A stretch of 64,000 bases of DNA from a virus. The notes beneath the pieces were generated by a model. It ran no database searches and had not been told where the DNA came from. It was given only the letters and a program-made list of their open reading frames with translations. The position numbers were made by a program, and so were the translations under genes. Location: positions 1 through 64,000 of the IMG/VR virus record IMGVR_UViG_3300021963_000057, one strand, 5' to 3'. This document shows positions 53,005 through 61,493 of the stretch, in pieces (within the stretch, counting starts at the first letter, position 1; each line of letters begins with the position of its first letter).

Positions 53005-54269
53005 TGGCCACACCTATAGATTATGTTGATGCTCAGTGGGAAAAATGGCAGGTACTAAATGATCCTGAACGTTTCGAACACATTGACACTGAGCAATTGA
53101 AAGAGATATTGATTAAGGACCTTACGTATGCCTCACAAATGGATGTACGTGAGTATACCTTATATCAAAAGTGGTTAGAGGTGCATGAGAAATATCCAAC
53201 CAGAACAATCAGTACACTCTTTGATGAAGAAGTGCAATTGGTAGATGTTACACAAAAGAAACTGGTTGAGAAAGTCAAAAAAAACTTTTGGATGCCAGAA
53301 GGTCCAGATGACTATGAAAAATTAAAGCCAAGATTAGTCTTATCTAACGGACCTTTGGCAGAAACATGGAATACAGTACGTACATTTTCTTCTACGATGA
53401 AGAATAACTCCAACATTGGCCGCAATCTTTATTACACTGTGGTTGATGAAAACACCGACAAGTATCTTGGTGTTATCTGTATATCATCTGACTTCTTGGA
53501 CTTGACTCCAAGAGATACCGCAATTGGTTGGCCACGTGATGTTAAGACACAACAAGGCATGATTAATCATACAGCAATTGGTTCTACAATCGTTCCACTA
53601 CAACCACTTGGTTTCAATTATATGGGTGGTAAATTGTTGGCATTGTTGTGTCTTGCTGATACCGTACAGAATGATTGGAAAAGACAATATGGAGACGTTC
53701 TTGTTGGAGTTACAACTACTTCCCTTTATGGCAACACTAAGTCCAATGGTCTATCTCAGTATGATGGTCTTGAACATTGGAACAAAATGGGTTTCTCTAG
53801 TGGTTCGGTTGCTTTTGAACCGTCCAGAAAAACCAGAGCAATGATTTATGATTGGGTAAAAGAGAATCACACACGTAAATATTTTGAGTGGTGGGAAGCC
53901 AAGAATCAAAAAGGTTTGCCACTTAAACGTGACCACAAAAATCGTACATTAAATTTTGCGTATGGTAAGTTGGGTATTCCAAAAGAACTTATCCGTACAG
54001 AGCATCAGAGAGGCATCTATTTCTCACCTCTCTATAACAACACCAATGAATATCTTAGGAAAGAAATTGGTGATGAACAACTGGTCAAATCATTTGATAC
54101 CAGTGAAGAAACCTTGACGCAAATTTGGAAAACCAAATATGCCAAAGGTCGTATATCAATGTTGAAGAAAAAGAATAATGTATCTTATGAATCATTATTT
54201 TATGATGACTTGATATACCTGTCTTGGGAAGAAACCAAGGCTAAGTATCTACCACAAGTTGGCAGATAA
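53004..54269 (+). CDS. Druantia DruA/DUF4338-like protein
   Basis: GR.L.Y.V.D..T.KYLGVI...SD..L..RD..IGW, P..P....GGKLLALL, TTTSLYG..SQY motifs recalled for the DUF4338/DruA family. Confidence 0.65.
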   Translation: MATPIDYVDAQWEKWQVLNDPERFEHIDTEQLKEILIKDLTYASQMDVREYTLYQKWLEVHEKYPTRTISTLFDEEVQLVDVTQKKLVEKVKKNFWMPEGPDDYEKLKPRLVLSNGPLAETWNTVRTFSSTMKNNSNIGRNLYYTVVDENTDKYLGVICISSDFLDLTPRDTAIGWPRDVKTQQGMINHTAIGSTIVPLQPLGFNYMGGKLLALLCLADTVQNDWKRQYGDVLVGVTTTSLYGNTKSNGLSQYDGLEHWNKMGFSSGSVAFEPSRKTRAMIYDWVKENHTRKYFEWWEAKNQKGLPLKRDHKNRTLNFAYGKLGIPKELIRTEHQRGIYFSPLYNNTNEYLRKEIGDEQLVKSFDTSEETLTQIWKTKYAKGRISMLKKKNNVSYESLFYDDLIYLSWEETKAKYLPQVGR

Positions 54270-54290
54270 AAAAGTATACCGCCAATATAC

Positions 54291-54319
54291 TTGACACACA
54301 CACTAAGTAATAGTATAAT
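54291..54319 (+). promoter_or_regulatory. sigma70-type promoter
   Basis: TTGACA(54291)-17 nt-TATAAT(54314), perfect consensus. Confidence 0.85.
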
Positions 54320-54376
54320 GTGAATACTTGCGAAATGCAAGACTTTTGTTTTTAACTTTGTCATTAGGAGATTATT

Positions 54377-54649
54377 ATGACTACCAAAATTTCTGCGAAA
54401 GAAAAAATCCTCAATTATTTGAGCAAGACTGAGGGTTACAACACCCTTTCCACAGCACAAGCACGTGCTCGTTTCGGAATCCAAAATGTTTCCGCACGTA
54501 TTGATGAGTTGCGCCAAGAAGGCCACTGCATCTACACCAACACCAAAACACGTGGTGATGGTTCTAAGGTATCTGTATACCGTTTGGGTACACCAACTAA
54601 AGCAATGGTTCGTACCGCACTTAAAGCTGGTTACAGCTTCAGCGCTTAA
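54377..54649 (+). CDS. Winged helix-turn-helix DNA-binding protein
   Basis: KILNYL..LST.QAR.RFGI.NVSARI.ELR.EG..IY.N..YRLG.P; strong SD AGGAG. Confidence 0.75.
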   Translation: MTTKISAKEKILNYLSKTEGYNTLSTAQARARFGIQNVSARIDELRQEGHCIYTNTKTRGDGSKVSVYRLGTPTKAMVRTALKAGYSFSA

Positions 54650-54660
54650 TTATTAAGCTA

Positions 54661-54689
54661 ATAGGGATCCATGCCGGATCCCTATTTTT
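54661..54689 (+). terminator. Intrinsic terminator after the HTH gene
   Basis: ATAGGGATCC-ATGCC-GGATCCCTAT plus T run. Confidence 0.8.
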
Positions 54690-54703
54690 GTTTTGGAGAG
54701 AAA

Positions 54704-55522
54704 ATGGAAATTTCAATTAAAAAAGAAGAACTTCAGAAGAAAAGCATTTTCGTTGCTACACCTATGTACGGCGGCATGAATCATGGACTTTATGCCAAGG
54801 CATGTCTTGATTTACAAGCACTCTGTATGCAATATGGTGTTACAGTGAAATTCTCATTTCTTTTCAATGAGTCTTTAATTACACGTGCTAGAAATTATCT
54901 TGTTGATGAATTCTTGCACCGTTCAGATTGCACACACATGTTGTTCATTGATGCTGATATTCACTTCAATCCACAAGATGTTATTGCCTTGTTGGCCTTA
55001 GACAAGGATGTTATTGGTGGTCCTTATCCTAAGAAAGCGATTAAGTGGTCGTCAGTTAAGAAAGCATTGGCTAAAAATCCAGATATGGAAGCAAGTGCTT
55101 TAGATAAAGTTACTGGTGATTATGTTTTCAATCCAGTAAGAGGCACAGATAAATTTAGTGTTGCCGATCCACTTGAAGTGTTGGAAATCGGTACCGGTTT
55201 TATGATGGTTAAACGTGAAGTTTTCCCTAAGTTTGCAGAAGCATTCCCACATCTACGTTACAAACCAGACCACGTTGGCCAAGCCAACTTTGATGGTTCA
55301 CGTTACATTCATGCGTTCTTTGATACGTTGATTGACACCAAAGATTCTCCAACAGGCGGTGGTTCAGACCGTTACTTGTCAGAAGATTACATGTTCTGTC
55401 AACTGTGGCGTAAGATTGGTGGTTCTATTTGGTTGTGTCCTTGGATGCGAGCAGACCACATTGGTACCTATCACTTTAAAGGTGATATGCCAGCAGTAGC
55501 AAATTACGTTGGAGAAATGTAA
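54704..55522 (+). CDS. Glycosyltransferase-like protein (GT-A fold)
   Basis: Probable start 54704 after GGAG; ATPMYGG, ESLITRARN, FIDADI (DxD), GTGFM, YLSEDY.FC. Confidence 0.75.
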   Translation: MEISIKKEELQKKSIFVATPMYGGMNHGLYAKACLDLQALCMQYGVTVKFSFLFNESLITRARNYLVDEFLHRSDCTHMLFIDADIHFNPQDVIALLALDKDVIGGPYPKKAIKWSSVKKALAKNPDMEASALDKVTGDYVFNPVRGTDKFSVADPLEVLEIGTGFMMVKREVFPKFAEAFPHLRYKPDHVGQANFDGSRYIHAFFDTLIDTKDSPTGGGSDRYLSEDYMFCQLWRKIGGSIWLCPWMRADHIGTYHFKGDMPAVANYVGEM

Positions 55523-56184
55523 TGATTGTTGGTTTACTTGGATTCATTGGTTCAGGTAAAGGCACTGCCGGTGACATTCTTAAAGACCTTGGCTTTACTC
55601 CTGTGAGTTTTGCCAAAGGTGTTAAAGATGTTGCCGCAGAAATGTTTGGTTGGCCACGACACCTATTAGAAGGTGATACTGAACAGTCCAGACAATGGCG
55701 TGAACAACCAGATAAATTCTGGTCAGAAGAATTTGGTCGTGAGTTTACACCAAGACTAGCACTACAATTAATGGGTACAGAAGTTGGTCGTGAAGTTTTT
55801 CACTCTGATTTTTGGATCATCAAATTGAAAAATTATATACAAAAAAATCCAAATCAAGATTATGTTATTACTGATGTACGTTTTCAAAATGAAATTGAAT
55901 TCGTTCATCAGAACAAAGGCATTCTCATAGAGATACAACGTGGTACTACACCACATTGGTATGAGATTGCATCCAAGGCCAATCGTGGTGACTGGAAAGC
56001 GGAAGAATTTATGTTGAAGCAATCTGGTGTACATGAATCTGAATGGCGTTGGATTGGTGGTTACGTTGACCATCACATTGACAACCAAGGTTCTTTGGAA
56101 GAATTAAAGAACAAATTGATTAAATGCTTGACAACCTCTTATGGTCCAGGTATAATGAGTGAATTGAAACAAGGAGTATCGTAA
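55522..56184 (+). CDS. Deoxynucleoside monophosphate kinase (T4 gp1-like)
   Basis: GFIGSGKGT P-loop, TPRLALQLMGTE, VITDVRFQNE, H.SE. Confidence 0.9.
   Translation: MIVGLLGFIGSGKGTAGDILKDLGFTPVSFAKGVKDVAAEMFGWPRHLLEGDTEQSRQWREQPDKFWSEEFGREFTPRLALQLMGTEVGREVFHSDFWIIKLKNYIQKNPNQDYVITDVRFQNEIEFVHQNKGILIEIQRGTTPHWYEIASKANRGDWKAEEFMLKQSGVHESEWRWIGGYVDHHIDNQGSLEELKNKLIKCLTTSYGPGIMSELKQGVS
56128..56156 (+). promoter_or_regulatory. sigma70-type promoter for gp45, embedded in the dNMP kinase 3' end
   Basis: TTGACA(56128)-17 nt-TATAAT(56151). Confidence 0.75.
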
Positions 56185-56861
56185 TGAAATTATCTAATGA
56201 GACCTTAACGGTTCTTAAAAACTTTGCCAACATTAATCCTGGTATTGAGTTTAAGACTGGTAAGAAATTGACAACTATTTCCGCAACAAAGACTGTCTTG
56301 GCAAAGGCAGGCATCAAAGATGACTTTCCACAGGATTTCTGCATCTATGATTTGAACCAGTTTTTGTCCGTACAATCTCTGTACAAAGATGGTGAAATTG
56401 ATTTTGATGACAAACATGTTATCTTCAAAGTTGGTCGTAAGAAACTAAACTATCGCAAAACTGCAAAGAGCATGATTGTGACACCACCAGATAAAGAATT
56501 AACATTGCCTTCTGTTGATGTGTCATTCACATTGAAAGAAGAAGAACTTGCTTCTATCCTAAAGACTGCGAGCATCCTACAATCACCTAACATTGCCATC
56601 ATGTCTGATGGTGAAAAGATTTCTATCACAACCTGTGATGCAAAAGATAACTCTGCACATACCGATTCAACAGAAATTGCTGATGGTAACGGCAAGAAGT
56701 TTAAGGCTTTGTTTTTGACAGAGAACTTTAAAATGATTTCTGGTTCTTATGAAGTACAAATTTCATCTAAAGGTTTGTCATACTTCAAGAACACTAAAGA
56801 AGATATGGAATACTGGATCGCCATCGAAGCCAAAGAATCTGACTTGTCGTTCGGAGAATAA
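56184..56861 (+). CDS. gp45: Sliding clamp gp45
   Basis: MKLSNETL.VLKNFA.IN, F.IYDLNQFL, YWIAIE. Confidence 0.93.
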   Translation: MKLSNETLTVLKNFANINPGIEFKTGKKLTTISATKTVLAKAGIKDDFPQDFCIYDLNQFLSVQSLYKDGEIDFDDKHVIFKVGRKKLNYRKTAKSMIVTPPDKELTLPSVDVSFTLKEEELASILKTASILQSPNIAIMSDGEKISITTCDAKDNSAHTDSTEIADGNGKKFKALFLTENFKMISGSYEVQISSKGLSYFKNTKEDMEYWIAIEAKESDLSFGE

Positions 56862-56862
56862 T

Positions 56863-57138
56863 ATGACTAAAGTAAATACACTATTTGGTTCTTTTGATGA
56901 AGACCAACTGAAAAAACTTAAAGGTTATGTTGATGAAATGGTTCTACACATGAACCGAAATCAATCAAACAACGATGCAATGAAAGACATTGTAGATGTT
57001 GCCAATGAAGAATTAAAAGTGCCTAAGAAGATTATCAAGCGTATGGCAAAAACACAATTTAAAAACTCATTTCAAACTGAAGTGGCAGAATCAAAAGAAT
57101 TTGAAGCCTTGTTTGAAAGTATGAATGGAGTTAAATGA
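56863..57138 (+). CDS. dsbA: Double-stranded DNA-binding protein (T4 DsbA-like)
   Basis: Probable start 56863 after GGAG; KDIVD...EELKVPKKIIKRMAK..FK..F..E..E.KEFEALFE. Confidence 0.65.
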   Translation: MTKVNTLFGSFDEDQLKKLKGYVDEMVLHMNRNQSNNDAMKDIVDVANEELKVPKKIIKRMAKTQFKNSFQTEVAESKEFEALFESMNGVK

Positions 57139-57335
57139 TGGGTGAAATACGCACATGGATTGATAAAGAACAGTACATTGCTGTACTTGAAAAAGAAATC
57201 AGTGTATTACAATCCAGATATGATCCAAGTCAAGAAGGCACTGGTCATTACAATACAGCAATTCATGTATTGCAAAATAGAGTCGCTGAACTTGAACTAG
57301 AAATGATTTGGCCATTTCCAGATGCAACAAATTGA
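57135..57335 (+). CDS. Hypothetical protein
   Basis: Coupled ATGA overlap; GTGHYNTAI.VL motif. Confidence 0.6.
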   Translation: MMGEIRTWIDKEQYIAVLEKEISVLQSRYDPSQEGTGHYNTAIHVLQNRVAELELEMIWPFPDATN

Positions 57336-57672
57336 AATACCATTCTTCTATCCACTAACGGAACAAACTTCGTTGGAGTTAGATTTTACTCCAAGTGAAC
57401 AATGGATTGCAGAGTGGCGAAACAAACAATGGAGTCCTGTCACCAGTGGCAGTTACTTAATTAGTAATGGTGGTGTTGGTATTGGAACAATCGCAGCATC
57501 ATGGTCACAACCAACAACCGAGTTTGTTATAAGACCTAGTGAAAAGAATGTTGGTAAGTGGGAAATCACAAGCGGAATGTTTGTGTATAGACCCACTAAG
57601 CCAAATACAGTCGTAAGATTTTTTGCCAAGTTACTGCTTGGCTTTAAATGGCACGATGAAATTCAATCGTAA
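57322..57672 (+). CDS. Hypothetical protein
   Basis: Overlaps the upstream ORF; ends RFFAKLLLGFKW. Confidence 0.55.
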   Translation: MQQIEIPFFYPLTEQTSLELDFTPSEQWIAEWRNKQWSPVTSGSYLISNGGVGIGTIAASWSQPTTEFVIRPSEKNVGKWEITSGMFVYRPTKPNTVVRFFAKLLLGFKWHDEIQS

Positions 57673-57689
57673 AAAATTGGATATAGTAT

Positions 57690-57711
57690 TGAAACAATAA
57701 TTATTGTTTCA
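57690..57711. repeat. Perfect 22-bp palindrome TGAAACAATAATTATTGTTTCA
   Basis: Exact self-complementarity in the intergenic region before 57780. Confidence 0.85.
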
Positions 57712-57779
57712 TTTTTAATTAGAGTTCGTGTCTTGTTAAGGTTTTCTTACAGCACCTACTTATTTTATAAGGAAAAATC

Positions 57780-58793
57780 ATGTTCGATACAAAAACTATC
57801 GACCCTAATAAGGTCACGTTTACACAAATCAAATCTCCAGGCATACGATTCAAAGACCGTGTCCGCATTAAATTCTCGGAGATAAATTCCCCTGCTTTTA
57901 AAACTGGTAATCCTGTTAGGATGAAAGGTAAAAACGTTTCTCATATTCAACGATTGGAAATTTCATTTGCTCAAGGTATTGATTACACCCAAATGCCTCC
58001 TTCGGTGATTGAAAAATCCAATAATGACGGTGGAATTATCACAAAGTATGAATTAATTACAGGCAACCATAGTTTCGAAGCCATGAAAAATATTGGTTTC
58101 GATGAATGGGTGTTTGATATCTATGAATTAATTCCAAATTCTGGATATGGATATGAAGATGCTATTCGTACATTCCAATTAAAAGAAAACAATGAATCTC
58201 CAAAGTTAGGTTCTTGCGAGGAAGATGTTGTAAATATTATTTGTCGATTGATAGACCATGCTTCAAAATTGGTTGAAGCAAAAGAGGATAGTATTAAATC
58301 TTATGTTGATTCTGTTTGCACATACATGCACTGGCAAACAAGATCCAAAATTGTGAGAGATACGATTCGTAAACTATCAAAGAGTGGTAAAAACCCATAC
58401 AGAGATTATATCACTTATACTGCAAGTGATGTGGGTGAATTTTTGCAAAAAAATACAGACCTTGTTGCTTTTGGTGAATTTGATATGACTCGACAAAAAA
58501 CTGGTTGGTCAATTTTAGAGGGATATGAATATGAAATTTTGATGAATGCTATTAAAAAATATCATTCTGAAAAACGTGAATCCTACTTCACACTACATAC
58601 AGGAAGTTTAACGGACAAACTATCAACTGCCAAAGAGAAACGTCAGAAGATGGTTAACAATCTAAGCAACCTCGAAAACTCTTTGTTGAGTGTTTTTGAA
58701 TATTATCAATTAAATGGAAAATTTCCATGGCATACTATGGGTGCTTTGCCACAAGATGTCCGTGGTGGTGAACAAGATTATATCTATTTCTAA
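57780..58793 (+). CDS. Hypothetical protein, possibly ParB/Srx-like N-terminal domain
   Basis: PP.VI....YELITGNH.FEA resembles the ParB-like motif; SD AAGGA. Confidence 0.5.
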   Translation: MFDTKTIDPNKVTFTQIKSPGIRFKDRVRIKFSEINSPAFKTGNPVRMKGKNVSHIQRLEISFAQGIDYTQMPPSVIEKSNNDGGIITKYELITGNHSFEAMKNIGFDEWVFDIYELIPNSGYGYEDAIRTFQLKENNESPKLGSCEEDVVNIICRLIDHASKLVEAKEDSIKSYVDSVCTYMHWQTRSKIVRDTIRKLSKSGKNPYRDYITYTASDVGEFLQKNTDLVAFGEFDMTRQKTGWSILEGYEYEILMNAIKKYHSEKRESYFTLHTGSLTDKLSTAKEKRQKMVNNLSNLENSLLSVFEYYQLNGKFPWHTMGALPQDVRGGEQDYIYF

Positions 58794-58798
58794 GTGAC

Positions 58799-58827
58799 TT
58801 GACATGGCCTTCGGGCCATGTTATAAT
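58799..58827 (+). promoter_or_regulatory. sigma70 promoter whose spacer is a UUCG hairpin (promoter/terminator fusion)
   Basis: TTGACA(58799)-TGGCCTTCGGGCCATGT-TATAAT(58822); hairpin GACATGGCC-TTCG-GGCCATGTT. Confidence 0.8.
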
Positions 58828-58853
58828 TTTATTTTATATTATGGAGAATTTGA

Positions 58854-59786
58854 ATGTCGCACATTTTATGGGTCGAAAAGTATCGTCCTAAAACTATTGA
58901 AGATTGTATTCTTCCTGATGGTATCAAAGCAACATTTCAGGAGTATGTAAACCGCAAAGAGATTCCTAACCTCTTGTTGTCTGGTTCTGCTGGTGTTGGT
59001 AAAACTACAATTGCAAAAGCACTTTGTGAAGAAGTCGGTTGCGATTACATTATGATTAACGGTTCAGACGAATCGGGTATTGATGTTCTACGGAACAAAA
59101 TCAAGAACTATGCATCATCTATGTCCCTGTCAGGCGGCCGCAAGGTCGTTATCATTGACGAAGCGGACTATCTAAATCCAAATTCAACTCAACCTGCCAT
59201 GCGTGGTGCGATTGAGGAGTTTGCATCTAACTGTTCTTTCATCTTCACATGTAACTTTAAAAACAGAATCATTGACCCAATTCATTCTCGTTGTACCGTT
59301 GTTGATTTTAAAATCAATGGCAGTAAACAAAAGATGGCAGCTGCCTTCTTCAAACGTGTTGAGTGGATTCTTGAACAAGAAGGAGTTACTTATGATAAGC
59401 AAGTGGTTGCTGCCGTTATCACGAAACATTTTCCTGATAATCGCCGTGTTCTCAACGAGCTTCAGCGTTATAGTGTTAGCGGCACAATTGACAAAGGTAT
59501 TCTTGCATCAGTTTCCGATGTGCAGCTAAATGAGTTGGTGACTTCACTTATGAACAAAGACTTTGCTTCTTGTCGTAAATGGGTCACAAACAACCTTGAT
59601 AATGATATCACCAGAATCTTTAGAAATATCTATGATGGTTTGTATGAGAAGTTGAAACCAAATTCTGTGCCACAAATGGTACTAATCTTGGCAAAGTATC
59701 AATATCAATCAGCCTTTGTTGCAGACCATGAAATCAATTTGATTGCCTGTCTGACAGAAATTATGGTCGAATGTGAATTCAAATGA
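58854..59786 (+). CDS. gp44: Clamp loader large subunit gp44
   Basis: LWVEKYRP, GSAGVGKTT, IIDEADY, IHSRC. Confidence 0.96.
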   Translation: MSHILWVEKYRPKTIEDCILPDGIKATFQEYVNRKEIPNLLLSGSAGVGKTTIAKALCEEVGCDYIMINGSDESGIDVLRNKIKNYASSMSLSGGRKVVIIDEADYLNPNSTQPAMRGAIEEFASNCSFIFTCNFKNRIIDPIHSRCTVVDFKINGSKQKMAAAFFKRVEWILEQEGVTYDKQVVAAVITKHFPDNRRVLNELQRYSVSGTIDKGILASVSDVQLNELVTSLMNKDFASCRKWVTNNLDNDITRIFRNIYDGLYEKLKPNSVPQMVLILAKYQYQSAFVADHEINLIACLTEIMVECEFK

Positions 59787-60172
59787 GTCCGTTCGATTAT
59801 GCCGATTACATCCTGAGAAAGAAGGTGCCGGATGGTGAATTGGACTTCAAAGATTATGCACCTTTTCTAATCAATAGGTCTTTGTCCAACCATTTAGATT
59901 GTGTCTTGTACGCCAACGACATGAACCTCTGGCCAGGAATCGACAAGGACATGCAATACCAGTATCTTCTAAATAGTATCAGGCCTATGAAACGTAAGTT
60001 CGTTCCATGGCAAAAGGCCGATTCTGAGAAGGATATTGAGTGCGTGAAAACCTATTTTGGGTATTCAAACTCCAAGGCTAAAGAAGCCCTACGTATCCTC
60101 ACCGATGAACAAATCGCTGATATAAAAACAAAAATAGATACAGGCGGAGTGAAGAATAATGATAGAAATTAA
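59783..60172 (+). CDS. gp62: Clamp loader small subunit gp62
   Basis: Y.PFLINRSLS, QY.YLLNSIR..KR, YFGYS..KA.EAL.IL. Confidence 0.92.
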   Translation: MSPFDYADYILRKKVPDGELDFKDYAPFLINRSLSNHLDCVLYANDMNLWPGIDKDMQYQYLLNSIRPMKRKFVPWQKADSEKDIECVKTYFGYSNSKAKEALRILTDEQIADIKTKIDTGGVKNNDRN

Positions 60173-60566
60173 AGACTTAGTTGAAGTGACGTTGGATGAC
60201 AAAGATGATTTTTTAAAGGTACGTGAGACACTGACCCGTATTGGTGTTGCCTCTAAGAAAGACCAGACACTGTACCAATCTTGCCACATTCTCCACAAGC
60301 GTGGACAATACTATGTGGTACATTTCAAAGAACTATTTGCCTTAGATGGCAAACCAACCGACATTACCGAAAACGACCTATCACGTAGGAATGCCATTGC
60401 AAACCTATTGGAAGATTGGGGTTTGGTAAAGATTGTCAACAAAAAACAAACCGAGGTGCCACCACCTATCTTCTTGTCACAGATTAAAATATTGTCACAC
60501 AAAGAAAAGAATGACTGGCAACTTACACCAAAGTATAATATTGGTAAAAAACCGAACGGTTCTTGA
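60159..60566 (+). CDS. regA: Translational repressor RegA
   Basis: DDFLKVRETLTRIGVAS, LYQSCHILHK.G.YY.VHFKELF.LDG. Confidence 0.96.
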   Translation: MIEIKDLVEVTLDDKDDFLKVRETLTRIGVASKKDQTLYQSCHILHKRGQYYVVHFKELFALDGKPTDITENDLSRRNAIANLLEDWGLVKIVNKKQTEVPPPIFLSQIKILSHKEKNDWQLTPKYNIGKKPNGS

Positions 60567-60591
60567 CAACTAGTATAAATACTGATATAAT
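60563..60591 (+). promoter_or_regulatory. Nested sigma70 and late promoter for hsp20
   Basis: TTGACA(60563)-17 nt-TATAAT(60586) with extended -10; TATAAATA (60574-60581) lies within the spacer. Confidence 0.8.
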
Positions 60592-60593
60592 AG

Positions 60594-60742
60594 TCCCATT
60601 CGGGATGGGAAAAAAGGTGCTCCACCTACCTTAGGAGCGTACTAAAACGGGCAAACGTATTGTCACTGGAGAACGTAACCAGTACCTCAACCGATACGCC
60701 TTCGGGGTATCAATTTTTTAATCTCGCTTTTAGGAGAAACAC
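60594..60742 (+). promoter_or_regulatory. Structured 5' UTR of hsp20 ending in a ROSE-like RNA thermometer
   Basis: Four upstream hairpins, then TCTC-G-CT-TTT-AG-GAGA (60722-60737): the UCGCU motif pairs with the SD, leaving a bulged G. Confidence 0.65.
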
Positions 60743-61198
60743 ATGACAAATCTTATGAAAGATTTTTTCACGGCCGACAAAATGTTCAGCCAAATTCAAC
60801 CATTCAGTGTAGGATTCAACGACACGTTGGAACTTATGCGTGAAGCAGCAGCGGCCGCTGCATCTAAAGCCGTAGCATATCCTCCATACAACATCAAACA
60901 GGTAAAAGAAAACAAGTACGTCATTGAAATGGCAGTTGCTGGTTTTGCTAAGTCCGATATTGAGATGACTTTGGAAGGAAATAAACTTGTAATTAAAGCT
61001 GCATCTAAAGAAGATGATTCTGAGGAATATCTATACAAAGGTATTGCCAACCGTGCATTTGAACGCACCTTTACTCTCGCAGATAAAGTAGAAATCAAAG
61101 ATGCAGAAATGATGAATGGCATGCTTAAAATTTGGTTAGAAAACATGGTCAAAGTTCAAGATGCCGTTAAGAAAATTACTATTAAGGACAGCGAATGA
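60743..61198 (+). CDS. Small heat shock protein (Hsp20/IbpA family)
   Basis: YPPYNI, IEMAVAGF, YLYKGIANRAFERTFTL, A.M.NGML.I.L. Confidence 0.95.
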   Translation: MTNLMKDFFTADKMFSQIQPFSVGFNDTLELMREAAAAAASKAVAYPPYNIKQVKENKYVIEMAVAGFAKSDIEMTLEGNKLVIKAASKEDDSEEYLYKGIANRAFERTFTLADKVEIKDAEMMNGMLKIWLENMVKVQDAVKKITIKDSE

Positions 61199-61260
61199 AT
61201 TGGTGGCCTGTCTCCGATGAGGAGTGGGAACAACTGAATTATCCAGAAAAGTTCCGGTAA
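61195..61260 (+). CDS. Putative 21-aa peptide MNWWPVSDEEWEQLNYPEKFR
   Basis: ATGA overlap with the hsp20 stop, AAGGA upstream, ends just before the terminator. Confidence 0.4.
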   Translation: MNWWPVSDEEWEQLNYPEKFR

Positions 61261-61264
61261 TAGT

Positions 61265-61304
61265 AAAGAGGTTGCTTGACAACCTCTTTTTTTACCTGTA
61301 TAAT
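61265..61304 (+). terminator. Terminator hairpin fused with a sigma70 promoter
   Basis: AAAGAGGTTG-CTTGA-CAACCTCTTT plus T run; TTGACA(61276)-17 nt-TATAAT(61299). Confidence 0.8.
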
Positions 61305-61310
61305 ATCACT

Positions 61311-61493
61311 ATGAAAACTGAAAAACAATACATCAAAAAAGTTCGTGTTAAAACCACGTTGGAGAATTACTACGTGTGTTCACCAGAGACTAAAGAGATT
61401 GATGGTGTTCAATTCGTTTACGTAATTAAGAACATTGGTATTAGGGAAACACCTAAACTAATGAGGAAAGAATCATTAGAATACGTCAAATAA
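61311..61493 (+). CDS. 60-aa hypothetical protein, probably on a leaderless mRNA
   Basis: ATG 61311 lies 7 nt after TATAAT with no SD; the longer ORF from 61224 runs through a terminator. Confidence 0.65.
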   Translation: MKTEKQYIKKVRVKTTLENYYVCSPETKEIDGVQFVYVIKNIGIRETPKLMRKESLEYVK

